DNA from: an uncultured Verrucomicrobia subdivision 3 bacterium
Lineage (GTDB): Bacteria; Verrucomicrobiota; Verrucomicrobiia; Limisphaerales; UBA11358
Direction: 5' to 3'
DNA length: 64,000 nt
Assembly (NCBI GenBank): GCA_903827955.1
Contig: CAIKKJ010000091.1
Location: 4,514 to 68,513, forward strand
Position 1 is the first letter of the stretch. Every line of letters begins with the position of its first letter. The notes under the pieces are model-generated. The model had not been told where the DNA came from. It searched no databases and saw nothing but the letters and a program-made list of their open reading frames with translations. Positions 46,825-55,242 of this stretch are shown here, piece after piece. Position numbers and translations under genes: made by a program.

Positions 46825-47664
46825 ATGGTTGTCTTTCTCAATGGAAAATTTGTGCCGTCGTCCAAGGCCGTCGTGCCTGTGAACGACCGCGGCTTCATGT
46901 ATGGCGACGGTTTGTTTGAGACCATGCGCGTTATCAACGGACGGCCCTTCCGCTTTGCCCAGCACCTCGAGCGCATGGTGCGTGGCGCGGACTACCTCAA
47001 AATCCCGCTGCCGTTCACGCACAAAGAACTGGAGAAGATTGCTGCGCAGCTCATTGAAAAAAATGAAATGACTGATGCGGTGCTGCGCATCACTCTGACG
47101 CGTGGTTCGGGTGAACGCGGCTACACGCCAGCGCATACGGAAAAGCCGCTGCTGGTCATGACGCTGCATCCGTTGCCGGCGCAGCGCGATGATTCCGGTC
47201 TGCGCTGGAGCATGATTACCTCGTCGTATCACATTCCCGCGAGCGGCGCGATCTCCTCCTTCAAGACCACGAGCAAAATTCTGCACGTCTTTGCGCGCAT
47301 CGAGGCGCACGAACGCGGCGCGGACGAGGCGTTGCTGCTGAACACCAACGGCGAGGTGGCGGAGACGGCGGGCGGAAATATTTTTTGGGTGTTTCAGGAC
47401 AAGATTTGCACCGTGCCGACGGGGCGCGGCGTGTTGCCGGGCATCACGCGCGCCGTGGTGTTGGAAGTCTGCCAGGCGCTCGGCCTCGAAACGAACAAAC
47501 GCGTGATCAAGCCGCAGCACTTACGGAATACGGAGGGAATTTTTGTCACGCAAAGCGTCCTTGGCATCGTTCCCATCTTGGCGTTTGATGGCGAAGCGGT
47601 GCGGCCTTCGCCATTGGTAGATCAGATTGCCTCCGCCTATCACGCCGCGTTGATGAAGGAATAA
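46825..47664 (+). CDS. pabC: Class IV aminotransferase, probable aminodeoxychorismate lyase
   Basis: MVVFLNGKFVP...VNDRGFMYGDGLFETMR and GVLPGITR. Position is directly after pabB. Start chosen at the internal ATG. Confidence 0.75.
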   Translation: MVVFLNGKFVPSSKAVVPVNDRGFMYGDGLFETMRVINGRPFRFAQHLERMVRGADYLKIPLPFTHKELEKIAAQLIEKNEMTDAVLRITLTRGSGERGYTPAHTEKPLLVMTLHPLPAQRDDSGLRWSMITSSYHIPASGAISSFKTTSKILHVFARIEAHERGADEALLLNTNGEVAETAGGNIFWVFQDKICTVPTGRGVLPGITRAVVLEVCQALGLETNKRVIKPQHLRNTEGIFVTQSVLGIVPILAFDGEAVRPSPLVDQIASAYHAALMKE

Positions 47665-47675
47665 TTCTTGGCTGA

Positions 47676-48806
47676 ATGCACGCGATGGCTAGATTGTTGT
47701 CCGTGCCGCTTCTGGAAAAAAAGCCTCTCACGTCCAGCCGCAGCCGCTTCGGGGATTTTCTGGCGGTGTTGCTGCTGCTTGCCATCCTCGCGGGACTCGG
47801 TTGGTTGTGGTTGCAGCAAAAACATCCGAAGTCGCGTGCGCATAAAATTTCCTCGGTGAATTCCCTCGCCACTGCCACTTCGCCGTTGCCGGTGGAAAAA
47901 CCAAAACCCAAACCGCTCGTCATTCCACCACAGTCGGTAACGGATTTTCCGCGTCCAGTGCGGGACGTGTTTGAAGCGCAAGTGGCGTTGGCGCGGCGTG
48001 GCATTTCGCCGGGTTCGCTGGACGCCGCCATCGGCTCGCAAACACGCGCGGCGATTGCGGCATTTCAACATTCGCAAAAACTTTCCGAATCTTCCACGCT
48101 CGACACGAACACGCGGGCGATGCTCCTGCTCGACGCGCCGATGCTGGCGGATTACACGGTGACCACGAATGATCTTGCGCGGCTCCAGCCGATTGGCAAA
48201 ACGTGGCTGGAGAAATCGCAGCAGTCCGCGCTCGACTACGAAACCATTTTGGAACTCGTCGCGGAGCACGCGCATTCGCATCCGCTGCTGATTCAGAAAT
48301 TAAATCCCGCCGTGAACTGGACGAATGTTGCCGCTGGAACCGTTTTGAAAATTCCCGACGTCAATTATCCCGAATCATCGGACAAGGCGGCCTTCGTAGT
48401 CATTCATCTGGCGCAGAAATTTCTGGAGGCGTTTGATGTGCAAACCAACTTGATGCTGCATTGCCCGTGCAGCATCGCGGCGAAAGTCGAGAAGCGTCCC
48501 GTCGGCGAATTGCACGTCGCGGTCGTCGCGCCGGATCCGAATTACACTTTCGACCCAGCGGTGTTTCCCGAATCGCCGGAAGCGCAGGTTATCGGACATA
48601 AATTGATTTTGCCACCCGGCCCGAACAATCCCGTTGGCCTCGCATGGATCGGCCTCGACAAGCCGGGCTACGGCATGCACGGCACGCCCGTGCCGGAGCA
48701 GGTTGGCCGCACGGAATCGCACGGCTGTTTCCGGCTGGCAAATTGGGACGCGCAGTTTTTGGTGAACGTGGTTTGGGTGGGAATGCCGGTGACGGTCGTG
48801 CCGTGA
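47676..48806 (+). CDS. L,D-transpeptidase (YkuD domain) with a peptidoglycan-binding domain
   Basis: TM anchor. PG-binding-like sequence VALARRGISPGSLDAAIGSQTRAAIAAFQ. Catalytic motif YGMHGTPVPEQVGRTESHGCFRL. Confidence 0.85.
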   Translation: MHAMARLLSVPLLEKKPLTSSRSRFGDFLAVLLLLAILAGLGWLWLQQKHPKSRAHKISSVNSLATATSPLPVEKPKPKPLVIPPQSVTDFPRPVRDVFEAQVALARRGISPGSLDAAIGSQTRAAIAAFQHSQKLSESSTLDTNTRAMLLLDAPMLADYTVTTNDLARLQPIGKTWLEKSQQSALDYETILELVAEHAHSHPLLIQKLNPAVNWTNVAAGTVLKIPDVNYPESSDKAAFVVIHLAQKFLEAFDVQTNLMLHCPCSIAAKVEKRPVGELHVAVVAPDPNYTFDPAVFPESPEAQVIGHKLILPPGPNNPVGLAWIGLDKPGYGMHGTPVPEQVGRTESHGCFRLANWDAQFLVNVVWVGMPVTVVP

Positions 48807-48865
48807 ACGCACTCGACAAAATTTTAGGACGGAACTAACTTCGAACTGAAAATCCCAACAGCGTT

Positions 48866-49120
48866 ATGTTAGAAATGTTCAAATATCATCTGCATTGGAA
48901 ACACGATGGTAAAATGTATGTTGATGAATTGCCCGGCACTTCGGTGACCGATGTGGTTGATTATTTTAACGACAATAAACGTTCAGATGTTTCGCTGGTT
49001 CGTGTGGAATTGGTTGGCGCGGATGAAGGCGGAGTTCGTGAATTTGTTTGTTCGCCTAATTCGCCTTTCAGTCCGTTGATTGCGCGGCGCAGGCTTGATC
49101 GAGATGAAGATGCTCGCTAG
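48866..49120 (+). CDS. Small hypothetical protein (orphan, AT-richer than its surroundings)
   Basis: 84-aa ORF with no motif recognised. Codon composition is visibly AT-richer than the flanking genes. Confidence 0.35.
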   Translation: MLEMFKYHLHWKHDGKMYVDELPGTSVTDVVDYFNDNKRSDVSLVRVELVGADEGGVREFVCSPNSPFSPLIARRRLDRDEDAR

Positions 49121-49209
49121 TTGCGATTCCAAACTATCCACCAAATTATCATTGCCCGCTGGCGTGGTTCGGTAAAAGCTGTGGGCGAACTTAAACAAAG
49201 GAAATTATT

Positions 49210-49821
49210 ATGACTGCTGGAATTATTGCATTGATTGTGTTGGGCGGCCTGCTCGTGCTCGCCATCATCGTGGCGATGGCCGTGATTGGCATCTACAACA
49301 AGCTCGTTACGATGCGCAATCGCTACAAAAATGCCTACGCGCAGATTGACGTGCAGCTCAAGCGCCGCTACGACCTCATCCCGAATCTCGTCGAGACCGC
49401 CAAGGGCTACATGAAGCACGAGAGCGGCACGCTCACCGCCGTCACCGAGGCGCGCAACATCGCCTACGCCGCGTCCAAGAGTGCTGCGAGCAATCCCGGC
49501 GATGCCGCTGCGATGAAAAATCTCGTCTCCGCCGAAGCCGGTTTGGGCGGTGCGTTGAGCCGCCTGATGGTCGTGAGCGAACAATATCCCGACCTCAAGG
49601 CCAACCAGAACATGATGCAGCTCACCGAGGAATTGACCTCGACGGAAAATAAAATTTCCTTCGCGCGTCAGGCTTACAATGATTCCGTGATGACTTACAA
49701 CACCGACCGCGAAGTGTTTCCGAGCAACCTCATCGCCGGAATGTTCAACTTCACGGCGGCGGAACTGTTCGTCATCGACAAGCCGGAAGAGAAGAACGCG
49801 CCGAAGGTTTCGTTCTCCTGA
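49210..49821 (+). CDS. lemA: LemA family membrane protein
   Basis: N-terminal TM helix, then YNKLVTMRNRYKNAYAQIDVQLKRRYDLIPNLVETAKGYMKHE and ...RQAYNDSVMTYN. AGGA-like RBS upstream. Confidence 0.9.
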   Translation: MTAGIIALIVLGGLLVLAIIVAMAVIGIYNKLVTMRNRYKNAYAQIDVQLKRRYDLIPNLVETAKGYMKHESGTLTAVTEARNIAYAASKSAASNPGDAAAMKNLVSAEAGLGGALSRLMVVSEQYPDLKANQNMMQLTEELTSTENKISFARQAYNDSVMTYNTDREVFPSNLIAGMFNFTAAELFVIDKPEEKNAPKVSFS

Positions 49822-49824
49822 TTC

Positions 49825-49898
49825 TTGGGAGGGACGGCGTGTCGCCGTCCCTCACTTTTCAAATTTATTTTGGGACGGCGACACGCCGTTCCTCCCAA
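49825..49898. repeat. Near-perfect 27-bp inverted repeat filling the lemA / M48 intergenic space
   Basis: Arms 49825-49851 and 49872-49898 pair at 26 Watson-Crick positions plus 1 G-T. Each arm also contains its own 9-bp hairpin (gggacggcg-tgt-cgccgtccc). The right arm ends 1 nt before the M48 ATG. Confidence 0.9.
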
Positions 49899-49899
49899 A

Positions 49900-51855
49900 A
49901 TGGATTTCTTCGCCCAACAAGATCACGCCCGCCGCCAGACGAAACGACTCATTGTTTATTTCGTTCTCGCCGTCATTTCCATCATCGTGATGATTTACGG
50001 CATTGCGGTCTTTGCTTCGTTTTATGTGGCGCAACAGTCGTCGCGCCATCACTTCGATTACGGAACGCCCGCCCCGTTTGCGTTGTGGCAGCCGGGCTTG
50101 TTCGCCATGGTTGCGCTGGGAACGATAACGGTGATTTTTCTCGGCAGCGCGTGGAAGACGATGGCGCTCTCCGCCGGCGGCAGCGCGGTGGCAGAATCGC
50201 TCGGCGGACGTTTGGTGAATCCCAATTCCAACCAGCCGGACGAACGCAAGTTGCTTAATGTCGTCGAGGAAATGTCCATCGCGTCCGGCGTGCCGATGCC
50301 GCAGGTTTACGTTTTGGAAAACGAAGACGGCATCAACGCCTTCGCCGCCGGCCACTCGCCGAGCGATGCCGCCATCGCCGTCACGCGCAGTTGCATGACG
50401 AAACTTTCGCGCGATGAATTGCAAGGCGTCATCGGCCACGAGTTCAGCCACATTTTGAATGGCGACATGAAGTTAAACCTCCGGCTCATCGGAATTCTCT
50501 TTGGAATTTTTTGCATCGCCACCATCGGACGGATTCTCCTGCAAATGCGCGGCAGCAACAGCCGCGATAAAAATCCGCTGCCGATAATCGGCATCGCGCT
50601 GCTCGTCGTCGGTTCGCTCGGGCTTTTCTTTGGCCGCCTGATTCAGGCCGCCGTCAGCCGCCAGCGAGAATTTCTCGCCGACGCCTCGTCCGTGCAATTC
50701 ACGCGCAACCCCGGCGGGCTTTCCGGCGCGCTACAAAAGCTCGGCGGCTACGGTTCCGAAGTCCATTCGCCGAACGCTTCCGACGCGAGCCATCTGTTTT
50801 TTGGCAACGCGCTGACGAGTTCGTTCATGGACGCGCTGGCCACGCACCCGCCGCTGGAAGAACGCATCAAGGCGATTGACCCGATCTGGGATGGAAAATT
50901 CCAGCGCGTGCCGGATGACCGGGTGGAAAAACTATTTGAGCGCGCCAAGCCGAAATCTTCCGCGCCGATTTTTGATCCAAAACTTGCGGCCATTCTCACC
51001 GCCGTTGGGAGCGATGCGCCGCCGGTCATCCAATCTAACTCGGTGATGCCGAACCTCGGCAATCCCACGCCGCTGCATTTGAAATACGCCGAGCAATTGC
51101 GCGAATCGTTTTCAGAAAATCTAAAAGCCGCCGCCCGCGAGCCGCTCGATGCCGTCGCTTTGATTTACGCGCTGCTGTTGAGCGACGACGCATCACAACG
51201 CGCGTCGCAGCTCGCCGGTTTGTCGGAACACGCATCGCAGGCCATCGCGGAAAAAACGGCATCGCTGTTCCCGGAAGTTTCCCAGGCCGCCACGCGTGCG
51301 CGTCTGCCGCTTGTGAATCTTGCCATCGGCGGTTTGCGGCAACTGGACGCAACGCAGTTCAATAATTTTTCGCAGACGCTCGAATGGCTCATCGGCAGCG
51401 ACGGGCGTGTGGAGCTGTTTGAGTTCGTGCTGCAAAAAATTGTCACTCGCCATCTCGCGCCGAAGTTCGGTGGGGCGCGGAATAACACCGTTCAATTTTA
51501 CACGCTCAAGCCGCTCGTGCCGGATTGCGCGATGATTTTGTCCGCGCTGGCAAATGTGGGCAGTGCAGACGGCGAAGAAATTCAGAAGGCTTTTGCGAGC
51601 GGTGCGCCGTTTTTGCGCGCGCCGGAAAATTCTGGTCTGCTGCTGCTGTCGGCGAATGATTGCGGCGTGGAACAAGTCGGCGCGGCGCTCGACCGCTTGA
51701 CGCTGGCGGTTCCCATCATCAAAAAAAATCTGCTGGAAGCCTGCACGCGGGTCGCCGGGGCGGATGGCGTGTTGCTGGAAGCGGAGGCCGAACTGCTCCG
51801 CGCCATCGCTGATACGCTGGATTGTCCGATGCCGCCGCTGGGCGTGGGAGAATGA
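49900..51855 (+). CDS. M48 family (HtpX-like) membrane metalloprotease with a long C-terminal extension ending in a TerB-like motif
   Basis: TM helices, zinc motif GHEFSHILNGD (HExxH), third-ligand region REFLADASS. About 330 extra residues ending AGADGVLLEAEAELLRAIADTLDCP. Confidence 0.85.
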   Translation: MDFFAQQDHARRQTKRLIVYFVLAVISIIVMIYGIAVFASFYVAQQSSRHHFDYGTPAPFALWQPGLFAMVALGTITVIFLGSAWKTMALSAGGSAVAESLGGRLVNPNSNQPDERKLLNVVEEMSIASGVPMPQVYVLENEDGINAFAAGHSPSDAAIAVTRSCMTKLSRDELQGVIGHEFSHILNGDMKLNLRLIGILFGIFCIATIGRILLQMRGSNSRDKNPLPIIGIALLVVGSLGLFFGRLIQAAVSRQREFLADASSVQFTRNPGGLSGALQKLGGYGSEVHSPNASDASHLFFGNALTSSFMDALATHPPLEERIKAIDPIWDGKFQRVPDDRVEKLFERAKPKSSAPIFDPKLAAILTAVGSDAPPVIQSNSVMPNLGNPTPLHLKYAEQLRESFSENLKAAAREPLDAVALIYALLLSDDASQRASQLAGLSEHASQAIAEKTASLFPEVSQAATRARLPLVNLAIGGLRQLDATQFNNFSQTLEWLIGSDGRVELFEFVLQKIVTRHLAPKFGGARNNTVQFYTLKPLVPDCAMILSALANVGSADGEEIQKAFASGAPFLRAPENSGLLLLSANDCGVEQVGAALDRLTLAVPIIKKNLLEACTRVAGADGVLLEAEAELLRAIADTLDCPMPPLGVGE

Positions 51856-51861
51856 TTATTC

Positions 51862-51924
51862 GACAGGATTAACAAGATGGACAGGATTGGAGAACAGAAT
51901 CCTGAAAATCCTGTTCATCCTGTC
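51862..51924. repeat. Imperfect 27-nt inverted repeat between the convergent M48 and pheT genes; probable bidirectional terminator or REP-like element
   Basis: gacaggattaacaagatggacaggatt-ggagaacag-aatcctgaaaatcctgttcatcctgtc. 22 of 27 positions pair. Followed by aaaattttt. Confidence 0.8.
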
Positions 51925-51935
51925 AAAATTTTTAA

Positions 51936-54386
51936 TCAAGCCCGCAGTTCTGCCTGCAATTGCGTCTTCAGCGCCCCCATGATTTTTTCATGCGCGGAAT
52001 TCACGTCGGCATCGGTCAGCGTTTTGTCCATCGCGCGGTAGGTGAACGCGTAAGCCATGCTCTTTTGCCCGTCCGGTACGGACTTGCCACGGAACACGTC
52101 GAACAATTCCACGGTTTCCAAATTCGCGGCCTTCGTCTGCTTCACCGTTTGCAACACGGCCTCGTGCGTTGTCGCTTCTGGCACGAGCATCGCGACGTCG
52201 CGGCGGCTGGAGGGGAATTGCGGCAATGCCCTGAACGACTTGCTGGCATTGCGCTTGGCGAGCAGCAAATCCAGATTGAATTCCGCAAGGAAAACCGCGT
52301 CGCGTAAATCGTATTTCCTCGCGAGCGTCGGCAATAACTGGCCGAGTTCGCCGAGCGGAACTTTGCCGCCGAGCGTGACGCCGGCGGATTCCAGAAACAG
52401 CGCGGTGCTTTCCGTGCGCTTGCCGAACGCGATGCCGCGCAGACCGAATTGCTCCAGCAAATCTTCGGCGAGACCTTTCAAATCGGACGCGTCGAACTTC
52501 GCGTCGCGTTCGCCGCCGCTCCAGAAGGGCAGGGCGCGCGCGCCGGTGATGGCGATGGCGATGTTGCGATTTTCTTTCGTCTGGCCGTTCACGTTGGTAA
52601 ACACGCGGCCGATTTCGAACAGCGCCACGTCGTAATTTTTTCGGCTGACATTGTGCCGCAGCGAATGAATCAAGCCGGGCAACAAACTCGGCCGCAGCAC
52701 ATCCATGTCGCTGCTCAACGGATTGGCGAGCGCGACAATTTCTTCTGGCTGCTGGTTTCTGACTTCTGACTTCGCGATGAGCGTTTGCCCCTGCGCCTCG
52801 TTCAAGCCAAGCCCGGCGAGGATGCGGCGCACTTCGCCGATTTGGTCATACACGGCGTCGAACTCATTCGTGCCGAGCGCACCGCGCGGCGGCGTGCTGG
52901 GAATTTTATCAATGCCATAAAGCCGGCCGACTTCCTCGATCAAATCCACTTCGCGCTTCATGTCCACGCGCCACGAGGGGATTTTGAAAGTGCAGTTGCC
53001 GGGCGATTGTTCGGTCACCGTCATGCCCAATTTGACTAGCGAAGAAATTTGATCTGGATGCGAAATGCCGATGCCCAGCAAATCTTTCGACTTCGCGAAG
53101 TGCAACGTGATTTCCTTCGGTGTCGGCGGATTGGGGAAATTATCAATCGCGTGGCCGAGCAATTGTCCGTTCGCCAGATCGCAAATCAACTGCGCGCAAC
53201 GACGGCTCGCCCAATCGCAGATGCCCACGTCGCCGCCGCGCTCGAAGCGATAGGACGAATCCGTGCGCAGTTCCAGCTTCTTGGAAGTCGCGCGGATGTT
53301 TTGCGGTTTGAAGTATGCGCTTTCAATCAGCACGTCCACGGTGCGGTCATTGATCTCGGAATTTTTTCCGCCCATGACACCCGCAAGCGCGACAGCTTGC
53401 GCCTCGTCGGCGATGAGCAGCATCTGATTCGTCAACGTGCGTTCCTTGCCGTCGAGAGTCGTGAATTTTTCGCCTTCGCTCGCGCGGCGGACAATAATTT
53501 TTGGCGTGTTTGTTCCACTGGCCTTGAGCAGATGATAATCAAACGCGTGCAATGGCTGGCCGCTTTCGAGCATCACATAGTTCGTGATATCCACGACGTT
53601 GTTGATGCTGCGGAGGCCGACTTTTTCCAACGTGCTGCGCAACCAGTCGGGGCTGGGGCCGACTTTGACCTGGCGAACGATGCGCGCGGTGTAGCGCGGG
53701 CAAAGTTCCGGCTCGTCGTTCTGCACGCTGACCAAACCGTTGATCGGCTCGGACTCCGTGTTGAGAAATTGAATCGTGGGAATCTTCAGCTCGTTGCCAG
53801 TCACCGCCGCGATTTCGCGGGCGATGCCGATGACGCTGTTCAAGTCGGGGCGGTTCGGCGTGACTTCCAAATCATAAACCACATCGCTGCCGCTGCGGCC
53901 GAGAAATTCTCCGAACGGTTTTCCAACGGTTGCGTCGGCGGGCAAAATCAAAAGGCCGTCCTCTTTTTTTAACCCGATGCTTTCGGGATCGAGTTGCAAT
54001 TCCTCGTGCGAGCAAAGCATGCCGTGCGATTCCACGCTGCGAATTTTGCCGACCTTGATGGTGAAGGGCTCTTTGTCGCCCGCCTTCATGGGCAGGGAAG
54101 CGCCGGGCAGGATCAGTGGCACTTTGTCGCCCGCCTTGAAATTCTGCGCGCCGCAAACGATCTGACGCTCGCCCGTGCCGTCGTTGACGCGGCAGACGGA
54201 GAGCTTGTCGGCGTTAGGATGCTTCTCGCGCGTGATGACCTGCGCCACGACGATGCCGTCGAACGCGCCGGAGATTTTCTGCACGCCCTCGACTTCGAGG
54301 CCGAGCATGGTGAGGCGTTCGGTGAGTTCTTCGGGCGACCAGTTGAAATCAACGTATTGTTTGAGCCAGTTTAAGGTGACTTTCAT
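51936..54386 (-). CDS. pheT: Phenylalanine--tRNA ligase beta subunit
   Basis: MKVTLNWLKQYVDF start, tRNA-binding OB domain, B3/4, B5 and anticodon-binding-like C-terminus. 816 aa. Confidence 0.95.
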   Translation of the reverse strand: MKVTLNWLKQYVDFNWSPEELTERLTMLGLEVEGVQKISGAFDGIVVAQVITREKHPNADKLSVCRVNDGTGERQIVCGAQNFKAGDKVPLILPGASLPMKAGDKEPFTIKVGKIRSVESHGMLCSHEELQLDPESIGLKKEDGLLILPADATVGKPFGEFLGRSGSDVVYDLEVTPNRPDLNSVIGIAREIAAVTGNELKIPTIQFLNTESEPINGLVSVQNDEPELCPRYTARIVRQVKVGPSPDWLRSTLEKVGLRSINNVVDITNYVMLESGQPLHAFDYHLLKASGTNTPKIIVRRASEGEKFTTLDGKERTLTNQMLLIADEAQAVALAGVMGGKNSEINDRTVDVLIESAYFKPQNIRATSKKLELRTDSSYRFERGGDVGICDWASRRCAQLICDLANGQLLGHAIDNFPNPPTPKEITLHFAKSKDLLGIGISHPDQISSLVKLGMTVTEQSPGNCTFKIPSWRVDMKREVDLIEEVGRLYGIDKIPSTPPRGALGTNEFDAVYDQIGEVRRILAGLGLNEAQGQTLIAKSEVRNQQPEEIVALANPLSSDMDVLRPSLLPGLIHSLRHNVSRKNYDVALFEIGRVFTNVNGQTKENRNIAIAITGARALPFWSGGERDAKFDASDLKGLAEDLLEQFGLRGIAFGKRTESTALFLESAGVTLGGKVPLGELGQLLPTLARKYDLRDAVFLAEFNLDLLLAKRNASKSFRALPQFPSSRRDVAMLVPEATTHEAVLQTVKQTKAANLETVELFDVFRGKSVPDGQKSMAYAFTYRAMDKTLTDADVNSAHEKIMGALKTQLQAELRA

Positions 54387-54442
54387 TTTCTAAATTAATT
54401 CAGTTTCTTAAAAATGTTTGAAGAACCGCACGTCGTTCACAT

Positions 54443-54835
54443 TCATAACGATTTTGCCAGCGGCAGGATGTCGTCAAAATGTTTGTCGCAGTGTTCCAAT
54501 TCCAAATCGTGCGTCACCACACAGGCGGCGATGACGATGTCATTGGATGGCGCAGTGATTCCCGATTGGCGGCAGCGAAACGCCAGTTTGCGCGCCAGTT
54601 TCCAAACCTCGGCATCCAAGGCAAACGAGGATAATTCCACTTCGAGTTCATCCAAAGCTTTGCGCTCTTTGCCAACCCGAACACCGTTCCACAATTCCAC
54701 CGCAATCAGGTCGCACCAGGCCGCCTCACCAGCGGCGAGCAAATGCTGGACGCGCAGCGCGGGCTCGGTCTGCCGCCCGCGCAAAAAATCAATCCAACTG
54801 GAAGAATCAATCAGCGTCACTTTGCGGCCTCCCAT
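54443..54835 (-). CDS. vapC: PIN-domain toxin VapC
   Basis: VTLIDSSSWIDFLRG..., with acidic PIN residues (D near the N-terminus, E in IAVELWNG, D in NDIVIAACV, E/D near the C-terminus). An alternative GTG start at 54820 would give a GTGA overlap with the vapB stop. Confidence 0.85.
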   Translation of the reverse strand: MGGRKVTLIDSSSWIDFLRGRQTEPALRVQHLLAAGEAAWCDLIAVELWNGVRVGKERKALDELEVELSSFALDAEVWKLARKLAFRCRQSGITAPSNDIVIAACVVTHDLELEHCDKHFDDILPLAKSL

Positions 54836-55041
54836 TTGCGGTTTTCACGCATAACTTTTAAGTCAGCCTGCGTCATGAAATTTGGCATCGAGCCATGCAG
54901 CCGTTTGGCCAGCGCGGCGAGCCGATGACGACGGTTGAAATCTTCCACCGCACCCACGACGGCCTCGCGCTTGGTCTTCGCGCCGGTGAATTTCATGGCT
55001 TCTTCCATGGCCAGTTCAGGAATATCAATGGTTGTTTTCAT
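54817..55041 (-). CDS. vapB: VapB-type antitoxin (DUF2191-like)
   Basis: MKTTIDIPELAMEEAMKFTGAKTKREAVVGAVEDF matches the MRTTIDIDDxLLxEAxxLTGxxTKxEAV pattern. Confidence 0.8.
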   Translation of the reverse strand: MKTTIDIPELAMEEAMKFTGAKTKREAVVGAVEDFNRRHRLAALAKRLHGSMPNFMTQADLKVMRENRKWEAAK

Positions 55042-55059
55042 GCTTCCAAAATACTTTGA

Positions 55060-55094
55060 TTTGGAATCCTGTCAATTCAATCTAGGAATCCAAA
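55060..55094. promoter_or_regulatory. Candidate VapB operator: 10-bp inverted repeat just upstream of vapB
   Basis: tttggaatcc (55060-55069) and ggaatccaaa (55085-55094) are inverted copies with 1 mismatch, spaced 15 nt. They begin 19 nt upstream of the vapB start codon. Confidence 0.3.
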
Positions 55095-55242
55095 GCTGCT
55101 TCAAGAGCCATGTAAATTGCCCGTCAAACTAACCGAACAGAGTTTGCCGCGCCAGCCGCGAATGTGTGCGTTCTGAATAACCGGTGAATGGCTTGGGAAA
55201 ATCTTTCAATATGAAATTCTTTTTCTTGGCGCGCATGGCATC

